Shown here piece by piece: positions 1 to 8,662 of a DNA stretch of 64,000 nucleotides. Made by a program: the position numbers and the translations under genes. The notes beneath the pieces are model-generated. The model did no database searches, was not told where the DNA came from, and was given only the letters and a program-made list of their open reading frames with translations. This DNA comes from Dehalococcoidia bacterium (GTDB lineage: Bacteria > Chloroflexota > Dehalococcoidia > GIF9 > UBA5629), in contig JBEKIW010000001.1 of assembly GCA_050011565.1 (NCBI GenBank), positions 576,001 to 640,000 on the forward strand, read 5' to 3'. Within the stretch, counting starts at the first letter, position 1. Each line of letters begins with the position of its first letter.

Positions 1-172
1 GCGACGCCATGCTGATTCTTTAAACATCTTACGTAATAAGCTTTCAGCAAATTCTGGCTGAGAATAGCTTTTAACTGCCACGCTTTGCCAATTACCAGTC
101 ATATCGATATAATTTACGGTATCTGTGATGGTTATACAGAAAAATTAGCAGATAGCAATGTAACTGATTAAG

Positions 173-1948
173 ATGTGCGGTATTATTGGCTATTGTGGGA
201 AGCAGTCGGCGGCTCCTATCGTTTTTGAAGGTTTACGGCGCGTGGAATACCGGGGCTATGACTCGGCAGGCATGGCTACCTTATCTAACGGGCGCCTGTT
301 AGTTACTAAAGATATCGGTAAACTGGAAGAAATTGAGAAGAGACACAACCTGAGCTCGTTGCCCGGGAATACAGCTATCGGCCATACCCGCTGGGCTACT
401 CATGGTGGCGTAACCCAAGTAAATGCACATCCGCATTGTGATTGCGCTGGAACTATAGCCGTCGTCCACAACGGAATAATTGAGAATTATCAGGAACTGC
501 GCCAACACCTTACTAGCACCGGACACCGTTTTACGTCAGAGACCGATACCGAGGTCATACCCCACCTCATTGAGGATGAAATGAAAAAGGGGGCTTCTCT
601 CGAGTCGGCAGTTCTGGCTGTGGCACCGAAACTCGAGGGCTCATACGCCTTTTTAGCTATATCGTCTCGCGACTCAGACAAAGTCGTGGCTACCAGAAAG
701 GATTGTCCTCTTGCTCTTGGCGTAGGAGAAAGCGGCTACTTTGTGGCTAGCGATGCCCTGGCCTTCTCCGGATTGGCCAATCAGCTTATACCGTTGGCTG
801 ATACTGAGGTAGCAGTACTAACAACAAAAGGAATTGAGTTATTCGATGCTGCGGGCAATAAAGTGGAGAAAGAAGCTCGACATATTGATTTACAGTGGTG
901 TGATAGCGATAAACAGGGCTATCAGTTCTACATGCTCAAGGAGATTATGGAGCAGCCGCAGACTGTCGAGGCAGCTATCAATCAAGATAAAGAGTTGTTC
1001 ACCAAGGTTGCCATGGATATCCTCAGGGCGGGTCAAGTAATAGTCACCGCTTGCGGTACCTCCAGATACGCTGCTCTGGTTGGCAGATACCTATTTTCCA
1101 AAGTTGGCAGAAAGTTTTGTGATGTGGTTATGGCCTCCGAATTTCATTATTTTGCTGATTCCGTTGATAAGAATACTGTGGTCTTAGCTGTGTCACAGAG
1201 TGGTGAGACACTGGACGTCATAGAAGGTGTAAAAAGGGCTAGAGATGCCGGCGCCCAAATTATTTCTATCGTCAACAGACCGTATTCTCAGTTATCTGAG
1301 ATGAGCCACCAGGTTATCAACCTAAATTGTGGCCCGGAATTATGTGTGGCAGCTACCAAGTCTTTCATCAGCCAGCTGGTCGTATTCTATCTCCTGTCCT
1401 TTGCTATGACCAATTCCTTTGATAAAGCTGCCGCAAATCTTAGAAGCATCAGCAATAAAGTGACTAAGACTATTGAATGGAACAACGACAAACTTAGGGG
1501 ACTGAGCCAAGAGTTAAAGGCAAAGAGTGACTTTTACTACATAGCCAGGGGAATCAATTTCGCTATTGCCTCCGAAGGCGCTTTGAAAGTTAAAGAAATC
1601 TCCTATATTCATGCTGAGGGTATGCCGGCAGGCGAACTGAAACATGGCACTTTAGCCCTTATTGAGCCGGGGACGCCGGTAGCTGTAATTTGTCCCGATG
1701 ATTATACGTACCGTGAGACGTTGAGCAATGCCATGGAAGCTAAATCGCGTGGTGCCTATATTATCGCTGTATCCGACAAGAAAAACGAAATCTATGATTT
1801 CTGGGTCAAGATTCCTAAAGTCGATGAGCTTTTATACCCCATAATCACCGTAGTTCCACTCCAGCTCCTGGCGTACCATCTGGCGATCAGCCGCGGTTAT
1901 GACCCGGACAGGCCAAGGAACCTTGCAAAATCGGTGACGGTCAAATAA
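173..1948 (+). CDS. glmS: Glutamine--fructose-6-phosphate aminotransferase (isomerizing)
   Basis: N-terminal MCGIIG, EYRGYDSAG, GHTRWATHG, HNGIIENY, two SIS domains, C-terminal PRNLAKSVTV. Confidence 0.97.
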   Translation: MCGIIGYCGKQSAAPIVFEGLRRVEYRGYDSAGMATLSNGRLLVTKDIGKLEEIEKRHNLSSLPGNTAIGHTRWATHGGVTQVNAHPHCDCAGTIAVVHNGIIENYQELRQHLTSTGHRFTSETDTEVIPHLIEDEMKKGASLESAVLAVAPKLEGSYAFLAISSRDSDKVVATRKDCPLALGVGESGYFVASDALAFSGLANQLIPLADTEVAVLTTKGIELFDAAGNKVEKEARHIDLQWCDSDKQGYQFYMLKEIMEQPQTVEAAINQDKELFTKVAMDILRAGQVIVTACGTSRYAALVGRYLFSKVGRKFCDVVMASEFHYFADSVDKNTVVLAVSQSGETLDVIEGVKRARDAGAQIISIVNRPYSQLSEMSHQVINLNCGPELCVAATKSFISQLVVFYLLSFAMTNSFDKAAANLRSISNKVTKTIEWNNDKLRGLSQELKAKSDFYYIARGINFAIASEGALKVKEISYIHAEGMPAGELKHGTLALIEPGTPVAVICPDDYTYRETLSNAMEAKSRGAYIIAVSDKKNEIYDFWVKIPKVDELLYPIITVVPLQLLAYHLAISRGYDPDRPRNLAKSVTVK

Positions 1949-1953
1949 CATTG

Positions 1954-2130
1954 ATGGGACTGAAGACTCAACCGGCCACATCGAGGAACATTATTGTCAT
2001 TTTCAGTCTCTACGAAGAACGATTTTTTGGCTACCTTGATATAGAAGTCGAAAATAGTAAATCGATTAATGGTCAAAACAACAGTACATTGATTGCGCGT
2101 TATTTTTTAGAGCGAAGGGAGGGAAAATGA
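1954..2130 (+). other. 58-aa ORF filling the glmS-dehydratase gap (small protein or deleted-gene remnant)
   Basis: Read by hand: ATG 1954 to TGA 2128-2130 with no internal stop; the stop overlaps the next ATG (ATGA). Confidence 0.3.
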
Positions 2131-3008
2131 AAAAAGTTTTGATAACAGGTGGCGCTGGCTTTTTGGGTAGGCACCTGACAAAAGGTTTACTTGACAAATA
2201 CAGCGATATTGAGATTAAGGCAATTTCTCGGCATGAAAATGAAATTGTAGAGATGATCGTAGCCTGCAATAACGATAAGAGGCTGAAACCTATCATAGGC
2301 GATATACGAGAAGTAGATACAGCTAAGTATGCTCTCACTGATGTTGATACACTGATACACTTGGCAGCCATGAAGCACATTGATTTCTGTGAGATGTATC
2401 CTTCGGAGGCTATCTCCGTTAATATAATTGCTACAATGAATCTATTGAAGTTATTCACGGGAGACACTTGCATAGGAATGTCAACAGACAAAGCTGTTGA
2501 AGCCACAGGGTGCTATGGGGCTACCAAACTTCTTCTGGAGAAACTAATCTTGGAGCAAGCCCGGAAAAACCCAAATCGTAGATACATGGTGGTTAGAAGC
2601 GGTAATATCTTTGGCTCGAGCGGTAGCGTAATTCAAAGGTGGAAGCAACAGATAAAACAAAACAACAAAGTGACGGTTACAAATTTAGAAATGACAAGGT
2701 TCTATATCGATGTAAACACGTTAGTAGGTTTTATCATACGAATTATTGAGGAGGGTGAAAGCGGGAAAATATATATACCATTCCAAAAGACGGCCAGGCT
2801 GGGGGCTTTGGCCAAAGCCATGGTTGAGCTTTACGGAGATACAAAAACCAGAATAGAGGTCGTAGGATTAAGAGAAGGGGAAAAGATGCATGAGCGTTTG
2901 TTCTCCTTACCCAAAAAAGATATTCTCACAGACATAACGGCTGAATGCTCAGAGTTCGGAGAGAACTTAAGCATAGATGAGATTAAAGATTGGCTGAAAA
3001 GTTGTTAG
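2127..3008 (+). CDS. Polysaccharide biosynthesis NDP-sugar 4,6-dehydratase/epimerase (PseB/CapD-like, Polysacc_synt_2)
   Basis: GGAGFLG Rossmann motif, HLAAMKH, STDKA, YGATK, RSGNIFGSSGSVI, GLREGEKMHE. Confidence 0.88.
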   Translation: MKKVLITGGAGFLGRHLTKGLLDKYSDIEIKAISRHENEIVEMIVACNNDKRLKPIIGDIREVDTAKYALTDVDTLIHLAAMKHIDFCEMYPSEAISVNIIATMNLLKLFTGDTCIGMSTDKAVEATGCYGATKLLLEKLILEQARKNPNRRYMVVRSGNIFGSSGSVIQRWKQQIKQNNKVTVTNLEMTRFYIDVNTLVGFIIRIIEEGESGKIYIPFQKTARLGALAKAMVELYGDTKTRIEVVGLREGEKMHERLFSLPKKDILTDITAECSEFGENLSIDEIKDWLKSC

Positions 3009-3018
3009 GGTTTTAGGA

Positions 3019-3792
3019 GTGGAGGTATTGAACGAGAAGGTGAGTGTAATTATACCTGCAAAGGACGAGGCAAATTGCATAGGCGAACTTATTGCCAGGA
3101 CCAAAATTAGCCTCGCTAAACACAAAGTTGAGATAATTGTTGTTGATGATGGCTCGAAGGATAACACCAAAGAAATCGCTTCGAGTAGTGGTGCCATAGC
3201 AATCTCACATGTTAAGACGCTGGGCAAAGGTGCCGCTATGAAAACTGGAGCCAGTGCTGCCAGTGGAGATATACTTGTATTTCTTGATGGCGATGGGGCT
3301 CATAATCCGGAAGATATACCGAACGTGATTACCCCTGTCCTTCAAAATAGGGCTGATTTGGTTATCGGTTCCAGAAATTTTCGCGGTTCCAGGACTCTTG
3401 GCTCCTATCTGCCGAGGCGAATTACTAATAAGCTAGCTTCCCTTGTCACCTCTATCATTATTTCTTTTTTATTGCCATTGACAACGTGGTTTAAATGTCC
3501 TATGAAATGGATTGGAATAGCAGATGCCGAATGTGGTTTCAAAGTAGTAAGCAGAGAAAAATGGCGTCAGTTTGATCTGGTTTCACAGGGATTTGAGATT
3601 GAGAGCGAGATAATATACGAAGCAGCTAAAAATAAGCTAACCATCCATAATGCCCCTATAAGCTGTAACTGGAATAGCAAGGTTTCCCGTCTTTCCATTG
3701 TGCGTGATGGCTTACAAACTCTTAGGCTTTTATTCAGCAAGCTTATTACTGACATGGGAGAAAGACAGGGCAACCAATCGAAGTCAAAATGA
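3019..3792 (+). CDS. GT2 glycosyltransferase, DPM1-like (polyprenol-phosphate sugar synthase type)
   Basis: SVIIPAKDE, VVDDGSKD, GKGAA, FLDGDGAH, DLVIGSR, D..CGFK, FEIESE. Confidence 0.88.
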   Translation: MEVLNEKVSVIIPAKDEANCIGELIARTKISLAKHKVEIIVVDDGSKDNTKEIASSSGAIAISHVKTLGKGAAMKTGASAASGDILVFLDGDGAHNPEDIPNVITPVLQNRADLVIGSRNFRGSRTLGSYLPRRITNKLASLVTSIIISFLLPLTTWFKCPMKWIGIADAECGFKVVSREKWRQFDLVSQGFEIESEIIYEAAKNKLTIHNAPISCNWNSKVSRLSIVRDGLQTLRLLFSKLITDMGERQGNQSKSK

Positions 3793-3986
3793 AGGTTCTG
3801 TTTGTTTTGGAGTATTACAGTCCACACATTGGCGGTGCCGAGGTTTTGTTCAAAAATCTCTGCGAAGGCTTGACCGGAAAAGTGCAAAGAACGGTTACAG
3901 AAAGCAAATACCGAGATGAATGCATTCAAGATATGGACAAGCTTGCGATGAGTGAGGGATTTATTAAGGAAAGGAGGCCGAAATGA
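3789..3986 (+). pseudogene. Truncated GT4 glycosyltransferase (N-terminal fragment only)
   Basis: MKVLFVLEYYSPHIGGAE is a typical GT4 start, but the ORF is only 65 aa; ATGA overlaps with both neighbours. Confidence 0.7.
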
Positions 3987-5206
3987 GCTCTAGGAACAAA
4001 AATATACTCATCACTGGCATAAGCGGTTTTGTCGGCTCACACATGGCCAAACATCTTCTTAATGAAGGTGCTAATGTCTTTGGCTTGGACAGAAGGCGCG
4101 CCGACGGCAACATCCCGCAAAACATCGAACATTTAGGAATTGAGAAGGAAGTCAGTTTGCTGGAGGGCGATGTGCGGGATATTTCTAGTATCGCTTCTGC
4201 GTTGGACCTGAGCAAACCGGATATTGTCTTTCATCTTGCTGCGCAATCTTTCATTCCCAGGTCGTTTTCCTGTCCTGGTGAAACCATAGAAATAAACTGT
4301 CTAGGGACAGCTAATCTTCTTGAGGCAGTTAGGAATAAGGGATTAAACCCGGTCACAGTATTTGCCGGCAGTAGCGAGGAATACGGGCTGGTAATTTTTT
4401 CGCGGTCCCAGTATCGGCGAGTCAAGAAGAAATACGGCGCGATTTTCCCCGAGCCAACGGCTATCCCAGAGCTACCCATCACTGAAACTAACCCTCTGCG
4501 CCCAATGTCTCCCTATGCCGTTAGTAAAGTTTACGGGGATTATCTTATGAGAAACTATCACACATGTTTCGGTCTGAGTACTGTGGTTTCCAGGGGCTTT
4601 AACCACGAGGGGGCAGGCAGAGGCAAAATGTTTGTAACTTCGGCGATAACCGGTCAGGTGATGCAATTCAAGAGGGGTGAAATCGATAAGATAATCATAG
4701 GTAATGTCAATGCCTTCAGAGACTGGTCGCATGTCAGTGATATTCTGAGAGGCTATTGTCTGCTAGCTGAGCGGGGTAAGTATGGGGAGGTTTATAATCA
4801 GGGTTCTCAGCGGACAAATTCGGTCTTGAGCTACCTTCTGCTAAGCCTAGAATGTGCTGGTTATGCCATAGACAAGATAGAGACAACCAGCGGCAACAAG
4901 GTTGTAAAAAGACCAAACGAGCTGGATAATTCGGAAATGTTCGGTCTACGCTTTGAGAAAACCAAAGTGGATAAGCTGATTTTAGAAGGCAAGCTGGAAT
5001 ACGAACTTTCAGACATAGGAATTATTGCTACTACAGATAAAGGAAAAATAACTATAGAATTTGATAAAGAGAAATTCAGGCCAGCCGAAGTGCCTATGTT
5101 ATTAACAAAAACAGCAAAAATTGGAGAGCTAGGCTTTAAAATAAGCCATACTTTGAAGGACATAATAAGCGACCAGCTCAATTATTTTTTGGATCCGTCA
5201 CGTTAG
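3983..5206 (+). CDS. gmd: GDP-mannose 4,6-dehydratase, long form with insertions
   Basis: ITGISGFVG, FHLAAQSF, GSSEEYG, PMSPYAVSK, FNHEG, RDWSHV, FRPAEV. Confidence 0.85.
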   Translation: MSSRNKNILITGISGFVGSHMAKHLLNEGANVFGLDRRRADGNIPQNIEHLGIEKEVSLLEGDVRDISSIASALDLSKPDIVFHLAAQSFIPRSFSCPGETIEINCLGTANLLEAVRNKGLNPVTVFAGSSEEYGLVIFSRSQYRRVKKKYGAIFPEPTAIPELPITETNPLRPMSPYAVSKVYGDYLMRNYHTCFGLSTVVSRGFNHEGAGRGKMFVTSAITGQVMQFKRGEIDKIIIGNVNAFRDWSHVSDILRGYCLLAERGKYGEVYNQGSQRTNSVLSYLLLSLECAGYAIDKIETTSGNKVVKRPNELDNSEMFGLRFEKTKVDKLILEGKLEYELSDIGIIATTDKGKITIEFDKEKFRPAEVPMLLTKTAKIGELGFKISHTLKDIISDQLNYFLDPSR

Positions 5207-5418
5207 AAAAATGGTTAATACTGTAATTGTGTGCGTGGCACAGGGTGTCACTGACCACTATACTGTACAACTAGCTAGCTCCCTAACAAAAAAGTGCTGC
5301 TTGGAGCATTGTTAAACACATATTCTTTATACTTTAGTAATTTAAGATATCACAATTTTAGTCATCCGAAGTTGATAAAATAGTGTAAATAGAATAATTG
5401 TAGGCAGCATAAACAAGC

Positions 5419-6387
5419 ATGCCAAAGAAAGTATCAGTTATCGTGGTCAACTTTAATGGAATGTCTCATATTGACACCTGCATTGCTTCGCTCTCAAACC
5501 AGACTTATCGGCATTTTGAAGTCATTTTTGTTGACAATAACTCTAGCGATGGAAGTTTGCAGTATGCCCAGAACAAGTCACCCCGGTTAAATTTCGTTCA
5601 AAATGACAAAAACCTTGGTTATGCCGGTGGCATCAATTCCGGCTTAGCTCATGCAACGGGAGACTACATTGCACCGCTTAACATAGACACTGAAGTTACC
5701 CCAAACTGGTTGGGCACAATGGTTAGTTTTTTGGACGCTAATCCACAGGTAGCTGCTGTAACGCCCAAAATACTGTTATTTAATGACCGTAGTAAGATCA
5801 ATGCCCTGGGTTTGAATATTCATGTGACCGGGCTTGGCTTCTGTAGACAGTTAGGTAATCCAGACGATGGTTCAATTAGTCCGGAGAAGGTATCAGGAGT
5901 CAGTGGCTGCTCTTATCTAATCAGACGTGAAATATTAGAGCGTATGGGTGGTGCCCCTGAGGAATGCTTCATGGGCAATGATGATGTAATCATTTCTTGG
6001 CTGGTGAATTTAATGGGCTATGACATATACTGTGTGCCGGAAGCAACGGTCTACCATAAATACACGTTGAAAGTGAGCCCCGAGAGGATTTACACCCTGG
6101 AGAAAAACCGCCAAGCCTTATTATTGTCTACGTTAAAACCTTTGACTTTTGCAGCTTGCTTTCCTATTTTTGCTGTAATAGAAATTTTGACGGTAGGTTA
6201 TTGCACATTAAAGGGTATGACATATCTTAAAGCTAAGTTCAGCGCCTTCAGTTCCATGTGGAAAGAAAGAGACGATATAAAACAGAAGCGCGTGAGATAC
6301 ATGCATTTGAGAAAAGTCTCCGATTTCGAGTTGTTGAGAAAACTAAAGTGGAATCTTGATTGGAAACAGATATTGCGGCTCTTTTAG
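5419..6387 (+). CDS. GT2 glycosyltransferase (rhamnosyltransferase-like)
   Basis: SVIVVNFNG, VDNNSSDGS, NLGYAGGIN, LNID, VYH. Confidence 0.9.
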   Translation: MPKKVSVIVVNFNGMSHIDTCIASLSNQTYRHFEVIFVDNNSSDGSLQYAQNKSPRLNFVQNDKNLGYAGGINSGLAHATGDYIAPLNIDTEVTPNWLGTMVSFLDANPQVAAVTPKILLFNDRSKINALGLNIHVTGLGFCRQLGNPDDGSISPEKVSGVSGCSYLIRREILERMGGAPEECFMGNDDVIISWLVNLMGYDIYCVPEATVYHKYTLKVSPERIYTLEKNRQALLLSTLKPLTFAACFPIFAVIEILTVGYCTLKGMTYLKAKFSAFSSMWKERDDIKQKRVRYMHLRKVSDFELLRKLKWNLDWKQILRLF

Positions 6388-6426
6388 CGAAATCTCACCA
6401 GACACCAAAAGTTAGGGTGGCAAAAC

Positions 6427-7479
6427 ATGCTTGCAGGGCAAGGCAAAATGGTTGCTAATGCTCCTTTTATAAGCATTGTCATAGTTAATTATAATGGCAA
6501 GCGTTTCCTAGGAGAATGCTTAGCTTCCTTAAAAAACTCAGATTATCCCCGGGACAGATTCGAGGCGATATTTGTTGATAATGCTTCTAAAGATGAGTCT
6601 GTAAAATATGTAAAGGAAACTTTCCCTTGGGTTCGTATACTGGCACTAGATAAGAATTATGGCTTCGCAGAAGGGAATAATAGGGGCGCGCAATTGGCAG
6701 ACGGAGACTTCATTTTTTTACTTAATAGTGACACAGTTGTGGAATCAACATGCATCTCTAAGCTGGTGAAGACGATGGAAACCGACCCTGCCATCGGATG
6801 TTCTGTACCTAAAATCTATTTCTATGATAGCCCGGAAGTTCTAGATAGTGCTGGCTCTACTTTTGACAATTTAGGATTTTGCTGGTCACTGAGCTTTAAA
6901 CAGGAAGATTCGAAGGAAGACAATGAAATAAAAGAGGTACCTATGGCTACCGCCTGCGCCTTGCTTTTTCGCAGGCCCATTTTGAGCCAAACTTATCTTT
7001 TCGACTCCTCTTTTTTCATGGCTTACGAAGAGCTAGATTTTAATTTGAGAGTGCGCGAGCTGGGATACAAAATTAAGCTGGTACCAACTGCCAGGATATA
7101 TCACAGATTCTCAGCCTCACAACAGACTTATTTCAGCACTCAACCTACTATCTTCAAGCAGTTCAACAGCAACAGGAATAGGGCTAAAATATTAACAAAA
7201 TACTACCCGGCCAAAATACTCCTAGCCAATGCCCCTATGATATGTTTAAGCTTTGTCTACTGGGATTTATTTATTCTTAAACACGGTGGCTTTCTGAAAT
7301 TCTTTCAGGCCATCGGGGCTCAGCTCAGCTTCGCAATGTCCGGCTTAATCGAACGCTGGCAACGAAAAGACCGGCACCCGGAAAGATGGATCAACTTTAT
7401 GAGGCATCATTCACTCCGCGAATTAGTTCGATTTGGTACGCAAATGAGCGAACTGTATGAGGGTAAATTAGAGTTATGA
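6427..7479 (+). CDS. GT2 glycosyltransferase (rhamnosyltransferase-like); alternative start 6448
   Basis: SIVIVNYNG, VDNASKD, NYGFAEGNN, LLNSD, FFMAYEELD. Confidence 0.9.
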   Translation: MLAGQGKMVANAPFISIVIVNYNGKRFLGECLASLKNSDYPRDRFEAIFVDNASKDESVKYVKETFPWVRILALDKNYGFAEGNNRGAQLADGDFIFLLNSDTVVESTCISKLVKTMETDPAIGCSVPKIYFYDSPEVLDSAGSTFDNLGFCWSLSFKQEDSKEDNEIKEVPMATACALLFRRPILSQTYLFDSSFFMAYEELDFNLRVRELGYKIKLVPTARIYHRFSASQQTYFSTQPTIFKQFNSNRNRAKILTKYYPAKILLANAPMICLSFVYWDLFILKHGGFLKFFQAIGAQLSFAMSGLIERWQRKDRHPERWINFMRHHSLRELVRFGTQMSELYEGKLEL

Positions 7480-8627
7480 AAGTTTTAATGCTCAGCTTTA
7501 TTAGCGGAATATTAGTGGAGGATTATCTAAAGCCTCTGATTACCAGTTTGTTACAAAACGGCCAAGTTGCTGACATAACTCTGGTTGTCCCAGAATACAA
7601 TGACGCTCCATCTTTTATCGACGATCTGGGTATGAGCAATTGTGAGGTACGGAAATTTCGATTCTGGTCAGGTCTTTCCAAGGCTATGGCAGGTGCACTC
7701 AATCCTCACCTTTACCGTCGTTTAGTTAAGGACATAGAGGCGATAAACCCAGACATTGTCCACATTGTCTTTGAGCATCGGATACCTTTTCTCTTCGTCG
7801 CTGAACTCCATCAAAAATACCCCATAGTGAGCACAATTCACGAGCCCAGAGCAATAATACACACGGCACTAAGGTCTAGTTTACTCAATCTAATCCAAGA
7901 GACAAATTGTAAATTTATCATGAAATCATCGGACAAAATAATAGTACATGGACAAAACCATATGCAATATTTGTTGGCTAAAAGTATTCCAGACCATAAG
8001 ATTCGGATAATTCCACTTGGTGCCTTCTCGTCTTTCGCACCTTTACGAAATGACGAGGTGCAAACTCAACCAGAGAATATTTTATTCTTTGGCAGGATAA
8101 CTCCCTACAAAGGCATAGAATATTTGATAGAGTCAGGAAAGCTGATTAAGCAGCAGTTTCCTGAAATAACCATAACTATTGCTGGCGAGGGGGACTTTAA
8201 CAAATACAGAGGGCTTATCAAAGGGGATAGCCACTTTACAATCTGCAATAGGTTTATACCTGATAATGAGGTTGCCATGCTTTTTCAAAAAGCGGCTATC
8301 GTGGTTCTACCCTATACTGACGGCTCACAAAGTGGCATCATATCTATTGCCGGCAGTTTCAAAAAGCCGGTTGTTGTCACAAATGTTGGCAACTTCTCTG
8401 AAATGGTGGAAAATGGGAAGACTGGTTTCGTGGTTGCGCCAAGAGATGCCACGGGCCTAGCAAAAGCTATAATTAAGCTACTGAAAAATGATAAATTGAG
8501 ACAGGAAATGGGTGAAAACGCCTATAGTGCCATAAAAGAGAGATTCTCCTGGGATGATATTGCCCAAAAAACAGTTTGTGTCTATGAAGAGGCAATCAAG
8601 ATTTGGCGCACAGATAACTTCAGGTGA
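7476..8627 (+). CDS. GT4 glycosyltransferase
   Basis: ILFFGRITPYKGIEYL, LPY..SQSG, PVVVTNVG, ENGKTG, FSWD. Confidence 0.92.
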   Translation: MKVLMLSFISGILVEDYLKPLITSLLQNGQVADITLVVPEYNDAPSFIDDLGMSNCEVRKFRFWSGLSKAMAGALNPHLYRRLVKDIEAINPDIVHIVFEHRIPFLFVAELHQKYPIVSTIHEPRAIIHTALRSSLLNLIQETNCKFIMKSSDKIIVHGQNHMQYLLAKSIPDHKIRIIPLGAFSSFAPLRNDEVQTQPENILFFGRITPYKGIEYLIESGKLIKQQFPEITITIAGEGDFNKYRGLIKGDSHFTICNRFIPDNEVAMLFQKAAIVVLPYTDGSQSGIISIAGSFKKPVVVTNVGNFSEMVENGKTGFVVAPRDATGLAKAIIKLLKNDKLRQEMGENAYSAIKERFSWDDIAQKTVCVYEEAIKIWRTDNFR

Positions 8628-8662
8628 AGTAGAGAATAGAGTTCAATAGAGGTGTCCACTGA

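Noticed and set aside
1-172. glmS ribozyme upstream of glmS
   Set aside because: The conserved AGCGCC...GACGAGG core was not found; bases 1-102 may instead be the start of a divergent ORF, which is too short to call
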